DNA of 59,207 nt, taken from assembly GCA_013202895.1 (NCBI GenBank), contig JABMPR010000256.1, positions 1 through 59,207 on the forward strand, given 5' to 3'. A program made the position numbers and the translations under genes. Under the pieces are notes generated by a model, which saw only the letters and a program-made list of their open reading frames with translations, did not search any database and was not told where the DNA came from. The stretch comes from a bacterium (lineage in GTDB: Bacteria; Fidelibacterota; UBA8477; JABMPR01). Positions 18,357 to 26,298 of this stretch are shown here, in pieces; the stretch's first letter is position 1; each line of letters begins with the position of its first letter.

Positions 18357-18584
18357 ATGCATATCAAAATTGAATATTGCGTTACTTGAAACTATCTACC
18401 TAGAGCAACCAGTTTGGTTGTGGGAATCCTTGATAAATTTGGTAATGATGTCAAATCCCTAACAGTCATACCCTCATCAGGGGGTGCGTACAATATTTGG
18501 AAAAATGATGAACCTATTTTTTCAAAACAAAAAGAGGGTCGCTTCCCCTTTAGCGATGATGAGGTAATCAATCTCCTGGGTTGA
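18357..18584 (+). CDS. SelW-like / Rdx-family selenoprotein (75 codons, Sec at TGA 18387..18389)
   Basis: Manual translation gives MHIKIEYCVT-U-NYLPRATSLVVGILDKFGNDVKSLTVIPSSGGAYNIWKNDEPIFSKQKEGRFPFSDDEVINLLG-stop. The CxxU motif follows the first beta-strand, and GG.Y.I...IFSK...GRFP is typical of Rdx proteins. AAAGGA lies upstream of the ATG. A hairpin follows the TGA. Confidence 0.7.
18399..18424 (+). promoter_or_regulatory. Candidate bacterial SECIS hairpin
   Basis: The upper stem is CAACC (18406..18410) / GGUUG (18416..18420) with apical loop AGUUU. A possible lower stem is CCUA / UGGG with a GAG bulge. The apical loop starts 22 nt after the UGA and contains a G. Confidence 0.5.
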
Positions 18585-18738
18585 TCAAATTGGCAATGTA
18601 ACTCCCGATAATCCAAGATTTAAGCCAGATCACAGATCAACATTTGTTAGCTTTTAGTCTTTGCCGCTTCAAACGCGACAGCTAAGTTTGGATGGTTTAT
18701 TTACTAACTTGAGATTAGGTGCAAGCACTGGCTTAAGA

Positions 18739-19689
18739 ATGGAGAGAATAATGTTTCGACATGTGGGGATATTCATAATTTCAAGCCTGCTTATGGCAGG
18801 TCCATCCTGGGCTGAACAACCCTATCCCAAAGGCGATCCAATTGCCCTAAGTATAGCTGGAGACTTTTATATGGCACCACAATGGTCGCCTGAAGGAGAC
18901 AGGGTGGCTGCAACAGGATCAAACTATACAGGTCTTTATCTTATTGATTTCCCCACTGGAAATTCTACTCAAATAAGCGAAGCCTATTCAGCAGGGTACG
19001 GATTTGCCTGGTCACATGATGGTTCAAAAATCGCTTCTAGAATCTCAAGTTTTGATAATATGCGACGCACCCACACCCTGGTTAGTTTCAATGTTGATGA
19101 TGCCTCGATGGAAATACTAAGCGAACCCAGGTCAATGATGGTGGGAGTTCCGCTGTGGTCCTCTACGGATTCTCATCTATATCTAACTTATGCTGACAAA
19201 CTTGAAAGTTTTAGCGTTCTTAACAGCCCTTCTGTCATTAGTGAGCCTCTTATATATGTCAATGATGGCAATATGATTTTGCGAGCAGCGGATGGATTAT
19301 CGGAGACCTCTCTATTTAGCGGCCAGGACCGGATAAGCAGTTATGCGCTTTCCCCCGATGGGTCCTTGATTGTTTATTCAAGCTCTGGCCAAAATTTGTG
19401 GATCGCCAATTCTAACGGCACCAACCTGAAAAACCTTGGAGCAGGTATAGCACCATCCTGGTCTCCGGATAGCCAGTGGATCACCTTTATGGTCACACAT
19501 GATGATGGGCATTCCATCCTGGAAGCTGATCTATATGTTATTAATACCAAGGGCCAGTCGCGTACAAATATCACAAATACTCCTGGCCAATTGGAAATGC
19601 ATCCGAAATGGTCGCCCGATGCAAGCTGGATTGTATTTGATACCGAGGGGCAAGGTCAACTCTTTGTCCAGCAAGTGGCGTGGAGGTGA
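18739..19689 (+). CDS. Secreted PD40/TolB-like beta-propeller repeat protein
   Basis: A signal peptide MFRHVGIFIISSLLMAGPSWA is present. Repeated WSPDG/WSPEGD/WSPDS/WSPDAS motifs are typical of WD40-like PD40 repeats. I prefer the ATG at 18739 over the TTG at 18661. Confidence 0.7.
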   Translation: MERIMFRHVGIFIISSLLMAGPSWAEQPYPKGDPIALSIAGDFYMAPQWSPEGDRVAATGSNYTGLYLIDFPTGNSTQISEAYSAGYGFAWSHDGSKIASRISSFDNMRRTHTLVSFNVDDASMEILSEPRSMMVGVPLWSSTDSHLYLTYADKLESFSVLNSPSVISEPLIYVNDGNMILRAADGLSETSLFSGQDRISSYALSPDGSLIVYSSSGQNLWIANSNGTNLKNLGAGIAPSWSPDSQWITFMVTHDDGHSILEADLYVINTKGQSRTNITNTPGQLEMHPKWSPDASWIVFDTEGQGQLFVQQVAWR

Positions 19690-19691
19690 TT

Positions 19692-22205
19692 ATGAAAAAT
19701 ATTTTTACCCTGCTGCTTTTCTCAATTGCTTTTCTCAATGCCCAGATAAGCGGTTTATCTGGTTGGAATCTTTTTGTGGATCCAGGTCATAGTCAAACCG
19801 AGAACATGGGTGTTAATGGCTATTCCGAAGCAGAGGAAGTCCTGGGGACTGCATTGCATCTGCGAGAGATGTTACTTACTCAAACAGATATTGATACAGT
19901 CTGGTCATCTCGCTATAATGATGATGTGAATGTTTCCCTTTATGAACGTACCGATGATGCAAATGCTCGTGGCGCTGCCTGGTACCATTCAATCCACTCC
20001 AATGCTGGCGGACCTACCAATAATGACGTCTTACTGCTCTGGGGAGAGTTATGGGACGGCACTCCTGATCCACCAGTCGGTGGCGAAGCTATGAGCGATA
20101 TCATGGTAGAAATACTTGCAGACGTTATGCGAATACCCCAGAACGGCTGGGGTTCAACCGGAGACTGTAGTTTTTATAACTCATGGGTGGACCCAACCCC
20201 CTGTACGCAATCAGGCTTTCAAGGACCCTACCTGTCCGTGAATCGTAGATCAAATATGCCCAGTGAGTTAAGCGAACAGGGACACCACACCAACCCCTTG
20301 CAAAACCAGCTCGATATGAACGAAGAGTATAAACGGATGCTAGCCTATAGTATGTTTTGGACAATCCTTGATAATTTTGGAATTGATCGTCCATTCCCTG
20401 GTATCCTGGCAGGAATCATAACAGATACCGAAACGAATATACGGGTCAATGGCGCTACGGTGATAGTGAATGGTGAAAGTTATACCACAGATACCTATGA
20501 GTCACTTTTCCATGAATACAGCGAAAATCCAGAAGCGTATCATAATGGTTTTTACTATTTTGAAGGTCTACCTGATGCCAGCTTTGAGGTCGTGGTAACA
20601 GCTGAGGGCTATTACTCTGATACGCTCCAGATTGATGCCTTATCAGATGATTTTGTGACTTTCCAGGATATTTATCTGATTCCAAATGTACCACCCATTG
20701 TACTTGCATCTCATCCCGAGAATGCTGATACCACCTATCCTGCCTGGGATATTCCATATTTCGATTTTTCCAGAGGGATGGACCGAACATCTTTGGAAAA
20801 TGCCTTTTCCATTGAACCCTACATTGAGGGCACATTTTATTTTACCGCAGACAACAAACGTATGGCTTACCTAACTTCAGACACCTTGGATTTCTTAACC
20901 AATTATACCATCACGATTGCCGGGACAGCCGTAGATTCTTATGGTCATCCCCTGGATGGAAATCAAGATGGTGTGGGAGGTGACGATTGGAGTATCTGGT
21001 TCAGAACCGGACCGCCGGACATTATCCCTCCAGCCATTGTAGATATCTATCCCGTGTCTGATGCTGACCTGGTCGATCTGCGTCCCATTGTGAATATCGT
21101 GTGGGATGAGGAGTTAGAACCGGCAAGCATACAGGATGATCTCATTAAACTGGAACGACTTGCCAATTTACAGCTGCAGGAGACAATTCTTGAGCATCAT
21201 GTAATCGACGGGAAAAGCGTTTTGGTCCTCTATTCCATGGATGAGCTACTAGATGTTGAACCTTATCGGGTGAGAATTTTTCCCGGTTTTGAGGATCTTT
21301 TTGGTAATGTTCAGGGTAGTGGAACAGTAATCACCTTCACTACATCCAATTTTGATTACAGCATAACCAATATTGATAATTTTGAAAACAATCCCTTAAA
21401 CTACTGGTGGGAAATTCAACAAAGCGGGAGTAATCTGGGAATAGTGACCGAGGAATGTAATCGAGACATATCTATTGATCACACTGTATTATCTGAAGGC
21501 AGTAACACCTCTTTGCGCATCAATTATGGCTGGAATCCCAGTGCTGGATCATGGCTAATCCGAGAATACCTTTCCGGTGGGCCAGCCCGGGATGTGCACT
21601 TTACATCCAGCCGTATTATGCAAGCCTTTGTTTTCGGAGACGGAAATGGAAACAAATTTCGTTTCTGTGTAGATGATAATATTTACGGAGCCGGAGCACA
21701 TGAGGTAAGCCCCTGGTACACCATAGACTGGTATGGCTGGCGATTGATAAGCTGGGATATGGCAGTGGATGGTACAGGTACCTGGATCGGTGATGGTAAT
21801 TTGGATGGTACTCTGGAATTTGACAGTATTCAGTTGAGTTACACACCAGGTCAGCCAACCACAGGAACTTATTATATTGACGAATTAAGAGTCGTCAATC
21901 GAGAGTATTTAGCCCTGGATCAAAATGGGATGGAGCACCCCCTCGAGTTCGCCTTACTGCCCAACTACCCCAACCCATTCAATCCCTGGACAAGTATCCC
22001 CTTCACCCTAGCCCAAAAAGCTGAAGTACGGATCAACATCTATGATCTCAAGGGGAAAGAAATTGCCCATTTAATCAGTGGGACAATGGAAGCTGGTCAG
22101 CACGTTACCCGCTGGAATGCCTCTCAAATGGCCTCTGGAATGTATCTGGTAAAAATGGAAGCCAATGATATCTCGATCACACGAAAGATAACTGTTCTAA
22201 AGTAA
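19692..22205 (+). CDS. N-acetylmuramoyl-L-alanine amidase domain protein with Ig-like domains and a T9SS C-terminal sorting domain
   Basis: GGAGG lies 5 nt upstream of ATG 19692, and a signal peptide MKNIFTLLLFSIAFLNAQ follows. The amidase_3-like segment is LFVDPGHSQ...YHSIHSNAG. A carboxypeptidase-regulatory-like segment and SbsA-type Ig segments follow. The C-terminal LLPNYPNPFNPWTSIPF...GMYLVKM...ITVLK is a Por-secretion tail. Confidence 0.75.
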   Translation: MKNIFTLLLFSIAFLNAQISGLSGWNLFVDPGHSQTENMGVNGYSEAEEVLGTALHLREMLLTQTDIDTVWSSRYNDDVNVSLYERTDDANARGAAWYHSIHSNAGGPTNNDVLLLWGELWDGTPDPPVGGEAMSDIMVEILADVMRIPQNGWGSTGDCSFYNSWVDPTPCTQSGFQGPYLSVNRRSNMPSELSEQGHHTNPLQNQLDMNEEYKRMLAYSMFWTILDNFGIDRPFPGILAGIITDTETNIRVNGATVIVNGESYTTDTYESLFHEYSENPEAYHNGFYYFEGLPDASFEVVVTAEGYYSDTLQIDALSDDFVTFQDIYLIPNVPPIVLASHPENADTTYPAWDIPYFDFSRGMDRTSLENAFSIEPYIEGTFYFTADNKRMAYLTSDTLDFLTNYTITIAGTAVDSYGHPLDGNQDGVGGDDWSIWFRTGPPDIIPPAIVDIYPVSDADLVDLRPIVNIVWDEELEPASIQDDLIKLERLANLQLQETILEHHVIDGKSVLVLYSMDELLDVEPYRVRIFPGFEDLFGNVQGSGTVITFTTSNFDYSITNIDNFENNPLNYWWEIQQSGSNLGIVTEECNRDISIDHTVLSEGSNTSLRINYGWNPSAGSWLIREYLSGGPARDVHFTSSRIMQAFVFGDGNGNKFRFCVDDNIYGAGAHEVSPWYTIDWYGWRLISWDMAVDGTGTWIGDGNLDGTLEFDSIQLSYTPGQPTTGTYYIDELRVVNREYLALDQNGMEHPLEFALLPNYPNPFNPWTSIPFTLAQKAEVRINIYDLKGKEIAHLISGTMEAGQHVTRWNASQMASGMYLVKMEANDISITRKITVLK

Positions 22206-22231
22206 ATTGGAGCCGCGACTGAGAAAAAAAC

Positions 22232-23125
22232 ATGAGATTTGTGCAATTCATATTATCCCTACTACTATTATCAAGTTCCTCTGTCCTATTTGCTGACCGT
22301 GAATCAAAGCACGGCACAGCGCCAGCCAGTTGGTCTGATCAGGTTGAGAAGGATATGGTTGCCCTCATCGCTAAAAATGAGCAAGCGAGGCAAGTTTATG
22401 GTCGCGTCGTCAAGCGCTTACGGCGTAGTGGTGTGCCAGCAACCTATGCCTGGCAGGTATTTTCTAATCCCGGCATCAAGATCGACCCTAATATTTCAAA
22501 ACGATTTTCCAAACCTGCTGAAAAAATGGATTACACTGATTATAGACGAATCTTTGTTAACACGAAACGTATTAATGGTGGAGTGAAATTCTATAACGAA
22601 CACAAGGATCTTTTGAATGATGTCTCCAGGAAATATGGTGTTGATCCCTATCTTATCATCAGCTTTGTGGGGGTAGAAACTCAATATGGGCTGTATGCAT
22701 CATCCTACCCGGTGTTCAATTCATTGCATACTATCATCCACAACATCCCCCGTCGTGCTGAATGGGCTGAGGATGAGATGGTTGCCTGGTTTATGATTTG
22801 CCGTGTGGATGGACTGGGACCACATGATGTTAAAGGATCCTACGCCGGTGCTTTTGGATATGGACAGTTTATGCCTACCAGCTTCAAACACTATGCAGTA
22901 GATATGGATGGTGATGGTGTACGTGAACCCTTTGAATGGGCTGATGTCATGGCCAGTATCGCCAATTATCTGCTAAAGCGAGGCAATTATCAAATAGGCA
23001 GCACTGACTTTTCAGAGAACTCCGCCAACTGGCGCGCAGTTTATAAATACAATCCTTCCAGGAATTATGTAAAGGTTATTCTCGAACTTCGTTCAGAACT
23101 TCAACAAGCTATCCGCAACTCCTGA
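22232..23125 (+). CDS. Lytic murein transglycosylase (MltB-like)
   Basis: 297 aa with a signal peptide. VGVETQYG and GAFGYGQFMPTSF are signatures of MltB-family lytic transglycosylases. Confidence 0.8.
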   Translation: MRFVQFILSLLLLSSSSVLFADRESKHGTAPASWSDQVEKDMVALIAKNEQARQVYGRVVKRLRRSGVPATYAWQVFSNPGIKIDPNISKRFSKPAEKMDYTDYRRIFVNTKRINGGVKFYNEHKDLLNDVSRKYGVDPYLIISFVGVETQYGLYASSYPVFNSLHTIIHNIPRRAEWAEDEMVAWFMICRVDGLGPHDVKGSYAGAFGYGQFMPTSFKHYAVDMDGDGVREPFEWADVMASIANYLLKRGNYQIGSTDFSENSANWRAVYKYNPSRNYVKVILELRSELQQAIRNS

Positions 23126-23175
23126 TCATAAACCCCAGAAATTTTACGCTTAATCCAGGCCTGGCAAACTCATGG

Positions 23176-23733
23176 CTAAGCCTTGACAAGCTTATGGGTT
23201 CCAGATTTCCCCAACAGCGTTACCAGTCCTCCAATTATATATAACACAGAAAAAAGCACTAAGCTGAATTTTGGAATAGCACACCATTTTGCCAGTACCG
23301 GTAAGAATTGATTGTGTGAGCCCAGAAGAAGCTTAATCATGGCAATATTTTCAATGATATCCAGGAAGGCGGCGAATATCGCCCCCGCTGCAAACCAGAT
23401 ACCGACTTTTTTTAGATAGACCCAGCTGGAGGGTATTTTGTCTGATACAATCAGGCAGCCAAGGGCAATCGTAATTCCATAAAGAGCGAGAAAAAGAAAA
23501 TCCAAACCCATATTGATCCCAGCATAAGTCATGATATCGCCCTTCCAGGAATCAATAATCTTTTGACTTCCTTCAGCGCTGCCTATTAATTCAAAAGTAA
23601 CGATACCTGCCGGTGCTGCGTCTGTTTTCAGGGGACCACCAGTCACTTGCATCCCAATGATAGTCAATACAGTAAAAACAAAAAGAATCCAGAATATGGT
23701 GGCCGGTCTTTCCAAATACAAAAACTTACCCAA
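23176..23733 (-). CDS. Integral membrane protein, unknown function
   Basis: 185 aa with about 5 hydrophobic helices. I recognise no motif. Confidence 0.5.
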   Translation of the reverse strand: MGKFLYLERPATIFWILFVFTVLTIIGMQVTGGPLKTDAAPAGIVTFELIGSAEGSQKIIDSWKGDIMTYAGINMGLDFLFLALYGITIALGCLIVSDKIPSSWVYLKKVGIWFAAGAIFAAFLDIIENIAMIKLLLGSHNQFLPVLAKWCAIPKFSLVLFSVLYIIGGLVTLLGKSGTHKLVKA

Positions 23734-23735
23734 TA

Positions 23736-24554
23736 TCAGCTATCCTTTTGAGAGAGATGCACATCTGATTGAGGAAACGGAATGCTGATACCAGCTTCAT
23801 CCAGAGCCAGTTTAATGCTTTCCGTCAGATCATAATTTACAGACCAATAATCTTCGGTTTTCACCCAGGGGCGCACAAAGATATTCACACTACTGTCAGC
23901 CAACTCTGAAACAGCGATGAGTGGTGCTGGGTCCCGTAGAACACGAGAGTCCACATCCAGGCTGCGCTTGAATATCTCTTTAGCCTTGCTAATATCATCT
24001 TCATATCCGATACCGAATACCAGATCCAGGCGCCGGGTTGGGTTGGCATTAATATTCGTAATAATGTCATTGGTAATCTGTCCATTGGGAACAATTACAC
24101 GTTTATTGTCTGGTGTGAGAAAAATTGTATTAAAGACAGTAATGTTTTCCACAGTCCCAGTAACACCACCTGCATTGACCGTATCCCCGATTTTGAACGG
24201 GCGAAAGAAAACCAACATAACACCACTGGCAAAATTGCCCAAAGAATCCTTTAGTGCCAGCGCAACAGCCAGACCGGCGGCGCCAAAAATAGCGAGGAAG
24301 GAGGTAGTATCAATTCCCAGCCGATCAGCAGTAGCCATCAGTACCACAATCATCAGGGCATAATAGCTAATATTATCAAGGAAGCGGATCAGAGTTTCAT
24401 CGACGTTTTGACGTTTAAGGAGTTTTCCCAATAGTGAAGTCAATTTCCGGGCGAGCCATTTCCCAACCAGGAAAATGAGCAGGGCACCCAGGATATTCCA
24501 GGCGTAATCGCTAAAGTATTTGACAGCTTGTTCAGTCAGATTATTGATGTCCAT
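23736..24554 (-). CDS. Small-conductance mechanosensitive channel (MscS family)
   Basis: 272 aa. Three N-terminal TM helices are followed by the FRPFKIGDTV...G.V..I....T beta-domain motif. Confidence 0.85.
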   Translation of the reverse strand: MDINNLTEQAVKYFSDYAWNILGALLIFLVGKWLARKLTSLLGKLLKRQNVDETLIRFLDNISYYALMIVVLMATADRLGIDTTSFLAIFGAAGLAVALALKDSLGNFASGVMLVFFRPFKIGDTVNAGGVTGTVENITVFNTIFLTPDNKRVIVPNGQITNDIITNINANPTRRLDLVFGIGYEDDISKAKEIFKRSLDVDSRVLRDPAPLIAVSELADSSVNIFVRPWVKTEDYWSVNYDLTESIKLALDEAGISIPFPQSDVHLSQKDS

Positions 24555-24591
24555 CAGCCTTCTCCCTTAATCCATGATATCAAATTTGGTA

Positions 24592-25074
24592 TTAGTCAAC
24601 GGGAGCAGGGCTGGAATTTCCCATATCCACAACAACTCGCCATTGTCCATTTTTCTGGCGCTCCCAGATATTGAGATATTTCCCATATTGCTTCTGTTTC
24701 TGTCCTTGATCATCCTTGATCGTCAGGACATACTTCCCCCAAGTCCACCCCATATCATTTGCCGCTGCAACCTCTGCCCGTTGAGGTTCCCATTCCAGGG
24801 TATAGTTTTCCTGCCCTCGTTTTAAGTTTTGGTATAATATATCGCGCCCAAAAACAGGATGTTGATTGTGAGACATCCCCATGGCATTTTCTATGAGGTA
24901 GTGTTTAAAGGCTTCAGCAGCTCCTTCTTCAACAGACATTTGTGCAAACTCACGATCGGTATTTAATAAACCGTTTTTTTCATCGTCCCTGTTTATGTTG
25001 GAATCACAATTGATCATAATTGCCATGAAAATAAACAGGATCGCGGTGAAATGGTGGGCTGTTTTTAATTTCAT
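24592..25074 (-). CDS. Lipoprotein with a SnoaL/DUF4440-like (NTF2 fold) domain
   Basis: I prefer the start at Met 25074. The signal peptide has a lipobox-like MINC. The C-terminal half (WTWGKY...YLNIWERQKNGQWRVVVD) is typical of DUF4440/NTF2-like proteins. Confidence 0.5.
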   Translation of the reverse strand: MKLKTAHHFTAILFIFMAIMINCDSNINRDDEKNGLLNTDREFAQMSVEEGAAEAFKHYLIENAMGMSHNQHPVFGRDILYQNLKRGQENYTLEWEPQRAEVAAANDMGWTWGKYVLTIKDDQGQKQKQYGKYLNIWERQKNGQWRVVVDMGNSSPAPVD

Positions 25075-25156
25075 TCTCTTTTTTATCACTCCTAAGTTTA
25101 TCTGAATAGATCTTTTCAATGAAATTGTATCTACTGGCATGAGCTCTCCCTCAAAG

Positions 25157-25510
25157 TTATTCGTGTATATCTATTACATCTTCCCGATTGGGAATGATAC
25201 ATAGAAATTCAAATGCTTTGTCGCCTAGAGTTTTGTAGGAGTGTGGTGTCCCTGCCGGGATAAAGACAATATCATTTTTATTCACAACCATGGTTTCATT
25301 ACCAATAGTAACTTCGGCTGCTCCAGCCAGACAATATTGCTCATGCTCCACTGAATTGCTATGCAGGGTCATATATCCCTCCGCTTCAATAATGAAGCGA
25401 CGCATTGCAAAATTTGGTCCTTCCTCAGAGGAGATTAGAACCTGTTTTGAGGTTCCCTGGCCAACTGATAACACTTCTTTGGGGATATTCCTGATATTGT
25501 TAGTAGACAT
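25157..25510 (-). CDS. Cupin domain protein
   Basis: 117 aa. The pattern HSNSVEHEQYCLAGAAEV...FIPAGTPHSY matches the two cupin motifs. Confidence 0.75.
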   Translation of the reverse strand: MSTNNIRNIPKEVLSVGQGTSKQVLISSEEGPNFAMRRFIIEAEGYMTLHSNSVEHEQYCLAGAAEVTIGNETMVVNKNDIVFIPAGTPHSYKTLGDKAFEFLCIIPNREDVIDIHE

Positions 25511-25575
25511 TGAGCACCTTTTTTTTGCCTGTATTTTAGTGAAGGTCTAAATTAATAATATGTTCAGAGGACACT

Positions 25576-26235
25576 TCAAAGGGACAGGTAATAATGCCAG
25601 AGTATTCTAGCCGCAACAGCCCTGTAAGGCCGCCAATTCTTCCCATAGTCCTGGAACTGTTTTAAATCGGGACGCTGATCAAGATTAAATAATTTTTGAA
25701 GGGCAGCGACTAGAGCCAGATCACCCTCGGGCCAAATATCTGGACGGCTCAAAGCCATCAACAGGTAGATCTTGGCAGTCCAGGGACCGATTCCTGTCAA
25801 AGCAGTTAATCGGGAAAATACCTCATCATCATCTAAGTTATTTAGTTCATTTATGTCCAGCGCACCATCAAGAACAGCCTGTGCCAGAATTCTGGTGTAA
25901 CGTGTTTTTTGTCTGCTGAACCCAATTTTTAACAGTTCTGCGTTGCTCAGGGTCAGAAAGTCAGCCGGCTGCACTCCTGGAAGTCGAACATTCAGTTTAT
26001 CAAAGCAGGTCCGGGCAGAGGCAAGGGACACTTGTTGTTCTAAAATGATATGCACCAGGGTTCCAAAACCAGGTTCCCGTTTCCACAATGGCGGAGAGCC
26101 AAACTGACTTACAATAGTGGCCAGCTTGGAATCCTGCTCACAAAGTTGGGAAACGGCATTTTCCAGGTTGGCTTCATCAAGAGTTATCATAGGTATCTTG
26201 GTAGATGATTTATTGTCTTTCTGATAAAAGTACAA
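25576..26235 (-). CDS. DNA-3-methyladenine glycosylase II-like (HhH-GPD superfamily)
   Basis: 219 aa. Carries ILEQQVSLASA, the LTALTGIGPWTAKIYL helix-hairpin-helix and a downstream Asp. The true start may be the internal Met at 26190. Confidence 0.75.
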   Translation of the reverse strand: MYFYQKDNKSSTKIPMITLDEANLENAVSQLCEQDSKLATIVSQFGSPPLWKREPGFGTLVHIILEQQVSLASARTCFDKLNVRLPGVQPADFLTLSNAELLKIGFSRQKTRYTRILAQAVLDGALDINELNNLDDDEVFSRLTALTGIGPWTAKIYLLMALSRPDIWPEGDLALVAALQKLFNLDQRPDLKQFQDYGKNWRPYRAVAARILWHYYLSL

Positions 26236-26254
26236 GCTATTATTAAATAAAAAC

Positions 26255-26274
26255 GGCTCCGTTCTAAAGGAGCC
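26255..26274 (-). terminator. Rho-independent terminator downstream of the M16 peptidase gene
   Basis: The stem GGCTCC / GGAGCC has an 8-nt loop. On the minus strand it is followed by GTTTTTATTT. Confidence 0.55.
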
Positions 26275-26298
26275 ATTTTAATAAAAGGAGCTTATTTA

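Noticed and set aside
18392-18616. 74-aa minus-strand ORF listed in the track
   Set aside because: It lies antisense to the much better supported SelW-like selenoprotein frame. It has no recognisable motif and a low-complexity, Arg/Ser-rich composition typical of shadow ORFs.
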